Assembly: GCA_035652395.1 (NCBI GenBank)
Contig: DASRDX010000009.1
Span: 355,739 to 419,738 of the forward strand
DNA from: Minisyncoccota bacterium
GTDB lineage: Bacteria > Patescibacteriota > Minisyncoccia > Phycocordibacterales > CAJBRS01
Reading direction: 5' to 3'
DNA length: 64,000 nt
Position numbers and translations under genes: made by a program. Shown here piece after piece: positions 25,935-34,446 of this stretch. Under the pieces are notes generated by a model that saw only the letters and a program-made list of their open reading frames with translations, searched no databases and was not told the origin of the DNA. Each line of letters opens with the position of its first letter. Positions within the stretch are counted from its first letter, which is position 1.

Positions 25935-26148
25935 ACGTGGTGGGCAAAGGGAAACTATTATTAGGATTAGTTAAATGACTGATACTTAAGATTAGACCGG
26001 CAATAATCAATACTAGAATAATTAAATAAAGTAGGTTGGCTCCTCTCTGGCTTTTTACAAAACCGGCAGAAATTAGAAAATTCTTTGGTTGATTTCTTTC
26101 ACTGGAAAAATTTGTTGACCGAACTTCATCAAATTCCACATCAGACAT
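25918..26148 (-). CDS. Small single-TM protein paired with the pilin. Paralog of 25094..25402.
   Basis: MSDVEFDEVRSTNFSSERNQPKNF, then TM helix LLYLIILVLIIAGLILSI. Overlaps the downstream pilin start by 17 nt. Confidence 0.4.
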   Translation of the reverse strand: MSDVEFDEVRSTNFSSERNQPKNFLISAGFVKSQRGANLLYLIILVLIIAGLILSISHLTNPNNSFPLPTTYAPTK

Positions 26149-26195
26149 ATTTGAATTATATCAAGCTATTCTTATCTCAAAAAGCTGGCTATCCC

Positions 26196-27836
26196 CTAGC
26201 CCTTACTAATGTGATTTTCCAAAAAAGTCAGGCTACCTCCTACTTTTTTACCCGGATTGAAGATATTGTGCGGGTCAAAGATATTTTTTACTTCCTTAAA
26301 AAGACCGTACATTTGAGGCCCGAACATCTCCTCCACGAAAGGTGTGCGCATAATACCGTCATTGTGCTCCGCAGTAATGCTGCCGCCATATTGAACGATT
26401 AAATCATATACTTCTTTAGCTACCGGCACGATTTTAGCTCGTTCGCTTTCTTTGGTTAAATCCATTAAAGGAATAATGTGATAATTGCCATTTCCAGCGT
26501 GACCGGCAATATTGGCCTCAATATTATTATCTTTAAGAATCTTTAGTAATTTAGGTAAAAATTCAGGCATTTTGGCCGGATCAACGGCAAAGTCGTCGAT
26601 AAAAGGGGCAGTCTTCTTTCCATGAACATGCTGACGAAGCAGATTGAAACTTTCCCGACGCATTACCCAGTATTTTTCTGAATCCGGCCCCTCTTCAAGA
26701 ACACGCACATGAATTGGAAAATTTTTTAGGATGTTTGTAATCTCTTCTGTTTTTTGATCAACTGTTTCCTTACTTTCTTCGGCGAGCTCAATTAAAAGAA
26801 TTAACTTCGGTAGACCGCCCATTTCCAATCCGATGAAAGCTTCCGGCAAGAAGTTCAGGGCGAATTTCCATAAGTGCTCGTGAGCTTTCTTGGCAATCTC
26901 CGGCATGAAGTGAAGCGCCAGTTTCAAGGTGGCGTCATCAAATGCTTCCAGACTTTCCGGAGCAAACGGTAAAATTTGATTTACCACCTTTGGTAAATCG
27001 TCCCATGATTTAAAAAAGAGGGCGATTAGTTTGCGATTAGTTGGCTCTTTAATCAGTCGCATTTTCGCTTCGGTTAAAAGTCCGAGAGTGCCTTGGGAGC
27101 CGACAAAAAGTTGGGACATATCAAACAACTTTTTGTCGGCATCGTAAACTCTCCAGAGAGCATAGCCGGAAGAATTTTTCGAAGTTTTTGGTCGGGCTTT
27201 TTCAATTAAATCTTGATTTTTAGTCACCAGTTCAAAAACTTTTCGATAAAGCTCGCCCTCAAAATTGGTGAGGGCGAGCTTTTCTTTTAGTTCACCTTCA
27301 CCAAGCTTGCCAAAAGAATACTCATTCCCATCATAGAGAACCATTTTAACTTCCTCCACAAAATCTCGAATCTGGCCGTACTTCAAAGTCTTCTCACCGG
27401 CGGCATTATTCATCACCATGCCGCCGAGCGCCGCCAGCTGTTTGGAGGCTGGATAAACTGGCAGAGAGATATGTTTAGGTAAAGTTTCTGTTTCAAAATC
27501 GCGATAGAAGACGCCGGGGCCTACATCAGCCCTAAGCTTCTCTACATCAACTTCCTCTTTTTTAAAGTATTTAGTGAAATCAAGAATAATGGAATCGTTA
27601 ATAGCTCCGCCACCCATATCTGTACCGGCCGATCGGCCCGTCAAAGATAGTCCGGGCCGATCGGCCTTCTTCTCCTCTACGTACTTGACTAAACTCTTGA
27701 CATCTTCGGTGTCTTTCGGAAATACCACTAATTCCGGCCTCACTTCAAAAAGACTGGCGTCGCGACTATATTTTGTTAGGGTTTCTGGATCATCGAGAGC
27801 CTCCCCTTTAATCAACTTTTGAATTTCTTCTTTCAT
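26196..27836 (-). CDS. FAD-linked oxidase (GlcD / D-lactate dehydrogenase-like).
   Basis: FAD-binding PCMH-type N-terminal region. C-terminal signature HAGNGNYHIIPLMD. Confidence 0.75.
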   Translation of the reverse strand: MKEEIQKLIKGEALDDPETLTKYSRDASLFEVRPELVVFPKDTEDVKSLVKYVEEKKADRPGLSLTGRSAGTDMGGGAINDSIILDFTKYFKKEEVDVEKLRADVGPGVFYRDFETETLPKHISLPVYPASKQLAALGGMVMNNAAGEKTLKYGQIRDFVEEVKMVLYDGNEYSFGKLGEGELKEKLALTNFEGELYRKVFELVTKNQDLIEKARPKTSKNSSGYALWRVYDADKKLFDMSQLFVGSQGTLGLLTEAKMRLIKEPTNRKLIALFFKSWDDLPKVVNQILPFAPESLEAFDDATLKLALHFMPEIAKKAHEHLWKFALNFLPEAFIGLEMGGLPKLILLIELAEESKETVDQKTEEITNILKNFPIHVRVLEEGPDSEKYWVMRRESFNLLRQHVHGKKTAPFIDDFAVDPAKMPEFLPKLLKILKDNNIEANIAGHAGNGNYHIIPLMDLTKESERAKIVPVAKEVYDLIVQYGGSITAEHNDGIMRTPFVEEMFGPQMYGLFKEVKNIFDPHNIFNPGKKVGGSLTFLENHISKG

Positions 27837-27842
27837 TCCGAA

Positions 27843-28706
27843 TTATAGATTGTTGAAGATTCTTAATTTTTCTTCCGCCACCTTTTGCATTGCTTCAATT
27901 GCCGGTTTGCTAATTTTGTAAGGCGCTACTTCTTTTGGATAATCGGTCAAAGATTTTCGTAAAGCTTCAGTGTACGCGGCACGCAGTTCTGTACTGACGT
28001 GCACAATCGAAACGCCGTTCTCAATTGCCGCTTTAATATCTTCGGCTGAATTTCCGGAAGCGCCGTGCAGAACTAAAGGTACTTTGGCAGCTTGGCTAAC
28101 TTCCTTCACTACTTTGATATTCAGAGCGGGATCGCCCCTCTTTAACATTCCGTGAAAATTACCGACGGCCGGCGCCAGCAAATCGACGCCCGTTTCTTTA
28201 ACAAAGCGTTCCGCTTCATCAGGCTTAGTTAGATATTCCGCTCCAAGCTCTACTCCTTTTGGAATTTCATCTAAAATCTCCGAAGCAGTTCCTTTGTAGC
28301 CGAGCTCCCCTTCAATTAAGATCTCCGGATTTTTACTTCTAGCATATTCGACACATTGTTTAGTAATCTTAATATTTTCTTCAAACGGCTGCTCGGCTCC
28401 GTCATAGATAACCGCATCATAACCGGCATCGATCGCTTCTTTTACTCGTTCAAGTGAATAGGTATGATCAGCATTGATGAAAATCGGATAATCAAATTCT
28501 TCTCGCAAGCTCTTTACCAACAAAACGGCTTGTTTTACTCCCAAAAAATCCCGCTCCCCTTCGGAAGTGCCGATTATTACCGGCACATCCAGTTTTCGGG
28601 CGGCCTTAAAGACGGCCCATAAGCCTTCGATATTAGAAATATTAAAATGGCCGATGGCTTTTTTTTCTTTTACAACCCGGTTTAAACATTCTCTAAGAGA
28701 TTGCAT
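27843..28706 (-). CDS. fba: Class II fructose-bisphosphate aldolase (or tagatose-bisphosphate aldolase family).
   Basis: IGHFNISN, INADHTYS, LVLHGASGNSAEDIKAAIENGVSIVHVSTELR. Confidence 0.8.
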   Translation of the reverse strand: MQSLRECLNRVVKEKKAIGHFNISNIEGLWAVFKAARKLDVPVIIGTSEGERDFLGVKQAVLLVKSLREEFDYPIFINADHTYSLERVKEAIDAGYDAVIYDGAEQPFEENIKITKQCVEYARSKNPEILIEGELGYKGTASEILDEIPKGVELGAEYLTKPDEAERFVKETGVDLLAPAVGNFHGMLKRGDPALNIKVVKEVSQAAKVPLVLHGASGNSAEDIKAAIENGVSIVHVSTELRAAYTEALRKSLTDYPKEVAPYKISKPAIEAMQKVAEEKLRIFNNL

Positions 28707-28737
28707 TGTTTCATTTTATCATATATATTTTCACTGA

Positions 28738-28845
28738 ATGAAGTTCATCGCCCTTGTGAGCATCGCCGCTCTTGGTCTGGTGGCAACCGTTGTTGCCGAG
28801 CAATATCATCGGAAAGTTATCGCCAATCGACCTCACCGGCTCTAG
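28738..28845 (+). CDS. Possible 35-aa hydrophobic peptide. Not in the ORF track because it is shorter than 60 aa.
   Basis: MKFIALVSIAALGLVATVVAEQYHRKVIANRPHRL. Followed immediately by a strong terminator. Confidence 0.25.
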   Translation: MKFIALVSIAALGLVATVVAEQYHRKVIANRPHRL

Positions 28846-28860
28846 CCTAACTCAGTTTAC

Positions 28861-28905
28861 AAAAGGTCGGTCGCGCTTAACTCATGGCGCGACCGACCTT
28901 TTTCG
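28861..28905 (+). terminator. Strong intrinsic terminator.
   Basis: aaaaggtcggtcgcgc-ttaactcatg-gcgcgaccgacc-ttttt. A 12-bp GC stem followed by a T-run. Confidence 0.65.
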
Positions 28906-28928
28906 TTTTTCCGTGTTATAATTTTTAA

Positions 28929-29927
28929 ATGCAGGAGAATGTAAATCTCGATCTAATAGCTATAGGGGACGCTGTCGCCGATACTTTTATCCGCTTAAGC
29001 GAGGGGGAGGAAGTCTGGGACGCCAATCACACTACGGAGAAACTTTGCCTTTCTTTTGCCGATAAGGTGCCATATGAGTTTGCTGAAACTATTTATGCCG
29101 TGGGTAATAGTGCGAATGCGGCCGTTTCCGCTTCCCGCTTAGGCCTTAAATCAGCTTTAATTTCAAATATTGGTGATGATCAAATAGGTAAGGATTGCTT
29201 AGAGAGCTTGCATCAAAACGTTGTTGATACAAGCTTCATCAAGGTCAATCAGGAAATGAAGACCAATCATCATTACGTCCTCTGGTTTCACGATGAGCGC
29301 ACGATTTTAATTAAACATTTTGAGTATCCGTATGAGATGCCGAATGTGGGTAATCCTAAGTGGCTTTACCTTAGCTCTTTAGGCGCAAGCTCCTTGGAGT
29401 TTCATACTAAAATCGCCGATTATCTGGAAAATCATCCCGATATTAAATTATGTTTTCAGCCGGGAACCTATCAGATGAAATTTGGTACTGATGCTCTGAA
29501 ACGAATTTATGTGCGCTCCGATCTTTTCTTCTGCAATGTTGGCGAGGCTCAAAGAATATTAAAAACTACTGAAACCGATATTAAGAAATTGATGCAGACG
29601 ATGCGGGAGTTTGGGCCGAAAACAGTCGTAATAACTGACGGTCCGAAAGGAGCGTATGCCTACGATGGCCAAAATTTTTGGTTTATGAAGCCCTACCCTG
29701 ATCCAAAGCCTCCTTATGAGCGGACTGGGGCGGGCGATGCTTTCTCTTCCACCGTAACTAGTGCCCTAATTTTGGGTAAAAGTCTATCCGAAGCCTTGGA
29801 ATGGGGTGCCGTTAATTCCATGTCTGTGGTTCAAGATATTGGCGCTCAACGTGGATTGCTTTCCGAAGCTAAGATTAAAGAGTGGCTGGACAAGAAACCA
29901 GGGGGCTGGCAAGCGGAAAAAATATGA
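28929..29927 (+). CDS. PfkB-family carbohydrate/nucleoside kinase (ribokinase or adenosine kinase-like).
   Basis: PfkB signature 2, GAGDAFSSTVTSALILG. Gly-rich N-terminal motif AIGDAVAD. Confidence 0.75.
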   Translation: MQENVNLDLIAIGDAVADTFIRLSEGEEVWDANHTTEKLCLSFADKVPYEFAETIYAVGNSANAAVSASRLGLKSALISNIGDDQIGKDCLESLHQNVVDTSFIKVNQEMKTNHHYVLWFHDERTILIKHFEYPYEMPNVGNPKWLYLSSLGASSLEFHTKIADYLENHPDIKLCFQPGTYQMKFGTDALKRIYVRSDLFFCNVGEAQRILKTTETDIKKLMQTMREFGPKTVVITDGPKGAYAYDGQNFWFMKPYPDPKPPYERTGAGDAFSSTVTSALILGKSLSEALEWGAVNSMSVVQDIGAQRGLLSEAKIKEWLDKKPGGWQAEKI

Positions 29928-30295
29928 CATTCGAGAATCCAGAAGATCAAAAACAAGAAGAAATCTTTGCAGAGATAATAGCCGGGAAATACGGCGGAGT
30001 AACCGAGCCTCTTAAAGAGGCTCTAGAGCGTTTTGAGACTGGATATGAAAAATTATATGCTCCTCTCCGGCCATTACTGGATTATTACAACGAACTTTTA
30101 ATGCAATATTACGATTATCAAGATCTTAAACTTGGAGAAGAGTTAAGAAAAATTCAACCGGTCCTTTCGGATTTAGTAAAAAGAGTTGATAAGGAGGGTG
30201 AAACTTACCGCGGGGAGATTAAAGCGGCAAAAGAAGAATTGGATAGATTGAGACGACTATATTTCCCGAGTAGGGAAGATATCTCCAAGAATTAA
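29924..30295 (+). CDS. Hypothetical cytoplasmic protein.
   Basis: Start set at MTFENPEDQ (ATGA overlap with the kinase stop). No recognised domain. Confidence 0.4.
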   Translation: MTFENPEDQKQEEIFAEIIAGKYGGVTEPLKEALERFETGYEKLYAPLRPLLDYYNELLMQYYDYQDLKLGEELRKIQPVLSDLVKRVDKEGETYRGEIKAAKEELDRLRRLYFPSREDISKN

Positions 30296-31287
30296 TTCAA
30301 AAGTCTACGGACTGCTGTTTTAATTGAATTTGCATCCATTCCATAGTGTTCAATCAATTCTGCCGGTTTGCCGGATTGACCGAATTTATCGTGAACTCCA
30401 ATGAAAACTATCTTGGTCGGCTGATTCTTAGCCAGGCATTCGGCTACGGTCGAACCGAGCCCGCCGGTAGTCTGATGTTCTTCAACAGTTACAATTGCTT
30501 CTGTCTCTTTAGCTAAATTAATTATGGCCTCCTCGTCTAGTGGTTTGATAGTAGAAATATTCAAAACTTTGGCTGCCAATCCTTCAGTTTCTAATTGATT
30601 GGCGGCCAGTAGAACTTGATAGACCAATGCGCCTGTGGCAATAATTCCTACTCGCGCTTTCTCGTTAGGCTGGTAAAAAACTTGGGCTTTGCCGACTTCA
30701 AATGGTGTCTCTTCGGTAGTAATGATTGGTGATGGCTCGCGGGCAAGTCGCAGGTAAACCGGCCCAATCATTCCAGCGGCAGCCAAGGTGGCTTTTCTCG
30801 CCTCAATAGCATCACAAGGAGAAATGACAGTCATATTGGGTAGAACTCGCATAATAGCTAGATCTTCCAAGGCCTGATGGCTACCGCCATCAGGTCCCAC
30901 CGAGACTCCAGCGTGAGAGCCGACAACTTTAACGTTGGCATTGTTATAACAAACAGTGGTGCGGATCTGCTCCCAATTTCGGCCTGGACTGAAAGTGGCG
31001 TAAGAAGATAAAAACGGAATTTTCCCCATAGCGGCCATGCCAGAGGCAACGGTTGCTAAGTTCTGTTCGGCCACGCCAATTTCCACGAATCGCTCCGGAA
31101 ATTTTTCTTTAAAGGAGAGCATTTGCGTTGATTCAGTCAGGTCAGCGCAAAGACCGACAATGTTTTCATCTTTTTCTGCGGCCAGTACCAACCCTTGTCC
31201 AAATCCTTTTCGAATTGGTACTTGCTCTACATCTTTATCAAAGATTTTTGGATTTAAATTATTCATGCTCGCTTCTAATTTTTCCAC
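30292..31287 (-). CDS. Transketolase C-terminal subunit (pyrimidine-binding and C-terminal domains) of a split transketolase.
   Basis: GVAEQNLATVASGMAAMG, GSHAGVSVGPDGGSHQALEDLAIMR. Confidence 0.85.
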   Translation of the reverse strand: MEKLEASMNNLNPKIFDKDVEQVPIRKGFGQGLVLAAEKDENIVGLCADLTESTQMLSFKEKFPERFVEIGVAEQNLATVASGMAAMGKIPFLSSYATFSPGRNWEQIRTTVCYNNANVKVVGSHAGVSVGPDGGSHQALEDLAIMRVLPNMTVISPCDAIEARKATLAAAGMIGPVYLRLAREPSPIITTEETPFEVGKAQVFYQPNEKARVGIIATGALVYQVLLAANQLETEGLAAKVLNISTIKPLDEEAIINLAKETEAIVTVEEHQTTGGLGSTVAECLAKNQPTKIVFIGVHDKFGQSGKPAELIEHYGMDANSIKTAVRRLLN

Positions 31288-32125
31288 TTAACGTTCGTAA
31301 CTCATTGAGAGCCATTTTCGCTTCTTCTTTATTTGGTGCTTTGCCATGCCAATGGAAATCGCGTTCAAATTCTTTCACTCCCTTTCCCGGAATGGTGTGG
31401 GCAATGATGACTGATGGTTTTTCAAAAATGGCTTTGGCTTGATCGATTGCCGATACAATTTCACTAAAATTATGCCCGTCAATTTCCTGAACATGCCAAT
31501 TCCAAGCTTCCCAACGAGCACGCAGGTTCTCGAGCGGCATAATGTCTTCAGTGAAACCGTCAATCTGAATATTGTTGCGATCAATGATGGCAATCAGGTT
31601 TCGTAATTTTTCTTTGCCAGCCAGCATGGCTCCTTCCCAGCTATTTCCAGCGTCCAGTTCCCCATCGCTCATGAGGCAATAAATATATCGATCAGATGAT
31701 GGGCCGCGATCAATCCGATCGCCGAGAGCCATGCCGACCGCTTGTGAGAGGCCGGAGCCCAAGGGACCCGAGCTATTTTCCAAGTACGGCAAAAACTCCC
31801 GATGAGGATGCCCTTGCAAACGTGAGCCGAACTTCCGTAAGGTCTTCAACTCCTCAATTGGGAAATAACCGGCGTGAGCCATGGTGGCATAGAGCACGGG
31901 ACAGATGTGTCCGTTTGAGAGAACTAGCCGATCTCTCTCCTCCCATTTGGGATTTTTGGGATCGTGCTTGAGGATTTTAAAATACAAAGCGGTAAAAATG
32001 TCGGCCATTCCGAGCGGGCCAGCAGTATGGCCGGAACCGGCCTCAAGAAGCATTTCAATAATTGACTGGCGAATTTCATTCGCTTTCGTTTCCAGTCCCC
32101 AGATTGTTTGGTCAGAGAGCATCAT
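31259..32125 (-). CDS. Transketolase N-terminal subunit (TPP-binding) of a split transketolase.
   Basis: SGHTAGPLGMADIFTALY, LSNGHICPVLYA, GPLGSGLSQAVGMALG. Confidence 0.85.
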   Translation of the reverse strand: MMLSDQTIWGLETKANEIRQSIIEMLLEAGSGHTAGPLGMADIFTALYFKILKHDPKNPKWEERDRLVLSNGHICPVLYATMAHAGYFPIEELKTLRKFGSRLQGHPHREFLPYLENSSGPLGSGLSQAVGMALGDRIDRGPSSDRYIYCLMSDGELDAGNSWEGAMLAGKEKLRNLIAIIDRNNIQIDGFTEDIMPLENLRARWEAWNWHVQEIDGHNFSEIVSAIDQAKAIFEKPSVIIAHTIPGKGVKEFERDFHWHGKAPNKEEAKMALNELRTLSGKIRSEHE

Positions 32126-32142
32126 GAGTGAAATTATAACAT

Positions 32143-32817
32143 TTAAAGATTTTGAAAATCGGTAATAGCTCCCTCAATATCTCCACTTTCAAAGATAGCG
32201 GAACCGATGACTAGACGGTCGGCGCCGGCGGCGATTAAAGCCGGCGCCGACTCAGAATTCACTCCGCCGTCGACACTAATAACAGTCGACGGCGATCTCT
32301 CCTTCAATTCCCTCACCCTCTCCACCACTCTCTCATCAAATGGCTGCCCTTGGTAGCCAATCTGGGCAATCCCCATTAATTGAACAAAGTCTACATAATC
32401 TAAAAATGACAAAGCTTCTTCAATCGGCGTTTCCAAATCCAAGCCAAGTCCCACTTCCACTCCATCGTTTTTAAGGTCTTCTAAAACCTCTCTCAAATCA
32501 CCTTTAACGCTCTCCAAATGAACCGCTACTCTGCTGGCTCCGGCGGTTATCCACTTGCTGGCTTCGTGTTCTGGGTTATCTACCATCAAATCTATTTCAA
32601 AGTCTAATCGATCCCAAAATGGTAACCCCTCTTCTTCATGCAGGACTTTTTCAAAATCAGGATCAGCATGCAAATTGTACGGCCAGCTCTTGGAGCTCAC
32701 AAACCGTCCATCCATTACGTCAATTTGAACTACTGGTACGGTCGTCGAGACTTGCGCCAGTTTTTCTCGCAAGTCTTCATAACTTTCCGGCATTATGGCG
32801 GGAATGATTTCTGCCAT
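32143..32817 (-). CDS. rpe: Ribulose-phosphate 3-epimerase.
   Basis: VQIDVMDGRFV, VDFVQLMGIAQIGYQGQPF, ISVDGGVN. Confidence 0.85.
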   Translation of the reverse strand: MAEIIPAIMPESYEDLREKLAQVSTTVPVVQIDVMDGRFVSSKSWPYNLHADPDFEKVLHEEEGLPFWDRLDFEIDLMVDNPEHEASKWITAGASRVAVHLESVKGDLREVLEDLKNDGVEVGLGLDLETPIEEALSFLDYVDFVQLMGIAQIGYQGQPFDERVVERVRELKERSPSTVISVDGGVNSESAPALIAAGADRLVIGSAIFESGDIEGAITDFQNL

Positions 32818-33335
32818 TATTTTTTTCGGGTTACCTTATGTAACAATCTTCTGAAAATAGTTTTCTGACTTTTCATAGTCACTGATTCAATTTCTTTGAT
32901 TTTCTCAATTCGCCTTGGGTGCCGCTCTTCATCTACCAAGAATTTCGCCCCAAGCCAAAGCCTTACCATTTCCTTAGCTTCCTTTTCATTTAGAAATCTG
33001 GCACCGAGGGAGAGGATATTGGCATCATTATGATTGCGAGAGAGCTTAATAATCTCCCGATTGCCCCCATAATAGACAACTGCTCGAACGCCAGGGAATT
33101 TATTAGCCACAATTGCCTCCCCTTGCCCCGAAGCACCCAGAATAATTCCGCGAGTATTTTCCGGATCTTCCGAGACTTTTTCTGCCGCTAATTTAATAAA
33201 ATCAGGATAATCGTCGCCCATCTTATAAACAAAAGCGCCCATATCTACCACCTCATGCCCTTCCTGTTTCAAAAACGGAATCAGAACATCCTTTAATTTA
33301 AATCCAGCGTGGTCTGAAGCTATAAAAATCTTCAT
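32817..33335 (-). CDS. rpiB: Ribose-5-phosphate isomerase B.
   Basis: MKIFIASDHAGFKLK, GIILGASGQGEAIVANKFPGVRA. Confidence 0.85.
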   Translation of the reverse strand: MKIFIASDHAGFKLKDVLIPFLKQEGHEVVDMGAFVYKMGDDYPDFIKLAAEKVSEDPENTRGIILGASGQGEAIVANKFPGVRAVVYYGGNREIIKLSRNHNDANILSLGARFLNEKEAKEMVRLWLGAKFLVDEERHPRRIEKIKEIESVTMKSQKTIFRRLLHKVTRKK

Positions 33336-33341
33336 TTAATT

Positions 33342-34367
33342 TTAGATTAACTTGCCAGCTTCGATAACATGTTCAACAAGGGAGTGTGTGTACCCCATTT
33401 CGTTGTCATACCATGAGAGAACCTTCACTAAATTACCATCAATAACGCGGGTCAGTCCGAGATCGGCAATGGCGGCATGAGATTCGCCGAGGATGTCGCT
33501 GGAAACAATTTGATCAGTCACCACCGTAAATACTTTCTGCCAGCGCGGGTCAGTAGCCGCTTTAGTTAAAATAGAATTAACTTCCTCAACTGAAGTAGGT
33601 CGTTTGGAAATAAAAGTGATGTCAGCAATTGAACCGGCCGGCACGGGTACTCGCATAGAAATGCCATCAAACTTCCCTTCGAATTGAGTCAGGGCTTTGG
33701 CGGTGGCGATGGCGGAGCCGGTAGAAGTCGGTACGATATTTTGGGCCGCTGCGCGGCCCTCTTTCCAGTCTTTCTTGTTCGGTCCGTCCACAATTGATTG
33801 GCTGGCAGTGTATCCGTGAACGGTGGTGAGAATGGCTTTTTCGATTCCAATGGTTTCGTCAAGAATGGCTAGAATCGGGCTAGCCGAATTAGTGGTGCAG
33901 GAAGCATTTGAACTAATTTGAACGCCTTTCAGGGCCGCTTCATTCACTCCCATCAGCACAGTCGGAGCGCCGGCAGAAGCATCTTCTTTTACTGGAGCGC
34001 TGATTACTACTCGTTTAGCGCCGGCATCAAGATGAGGTTTGGATTTTTCAAAACTCGTAAAGAAGCCCGTTGACTCCACTACTACATCGATATCTAAATC
34101 TTTCCAAGGAAGTTGAGCGGGGTCTTTTTGGCTCAGAAATTTAACATTTTTTCCATCAATAGTCAGGCTCTGTCTGTCAGGAGCAATTTCAATCTGCAAG
34201 CCACTCCGGCCATAAACAGTGTCGTATTTTAATAGATAGGCAATGTTTTCAATATCACCGAGATCATTGAGAGCGACAATTTCAATCTCCGGTCTTTTAC
34301 TGGCTACTTTATAGAATGCTCGGCCAATACGGCCGGCACCATTAATAGCTACACGAATTTTTTTCAT
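33342..34367 (-). CDS. gap: Glyceraldehyde-3-phosphate dehydrogenase.
   Basis: INGAGRIGR, active-site SNASCTTN, TTVHGYT. Confidence 0.9.
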   Translation of the reverse strand: MKKIRVAINGAGRIGRAFYKVASKRPEIEIVALNDLGDIENIAYLLKYDTVYGRSGLQIEIAPDRQSLTIDGKNVKFLSQKDPAQLPWKDLDIDVVVESTGFFTSFEKSKPHLDAGAKRVVISAPVKEDASAGAPTVLMGVNEAALKGVQISSNASCTTNSASPILAILDETIGIEKAILTTVHGYTASQSIVDGPNKKDWKEGRAAAQNIVPTSTGSAIATAKALTQFEGKFDGISMRVPVPAGSIADITFISKRPTSVEEVNSILTKAATDPRWQKVFTVVTDQIVSSDILGESHAAIADLGLTRVIDGNLVKVLSWYDNEMGYTHSLVEHVIEAGKLI

Positions 34368-34406
34368 ACAAAAATTATAGCATTTCAGAGCTTCCCTCCC
34401 AATTGA

Positions 34407-34435
34407 AAGAGGGCGGCCGCTTCGCGGCCGCCCTC
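34407..34435 (-). terminator. Intrinsic terminator downstream of giant surface protein 1.
   Basis: agagggcggccgc-ttc-gcggccgccctct. Confidence 0.6.
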
Positions 34436-34446
34436 TTCCTCAATTC

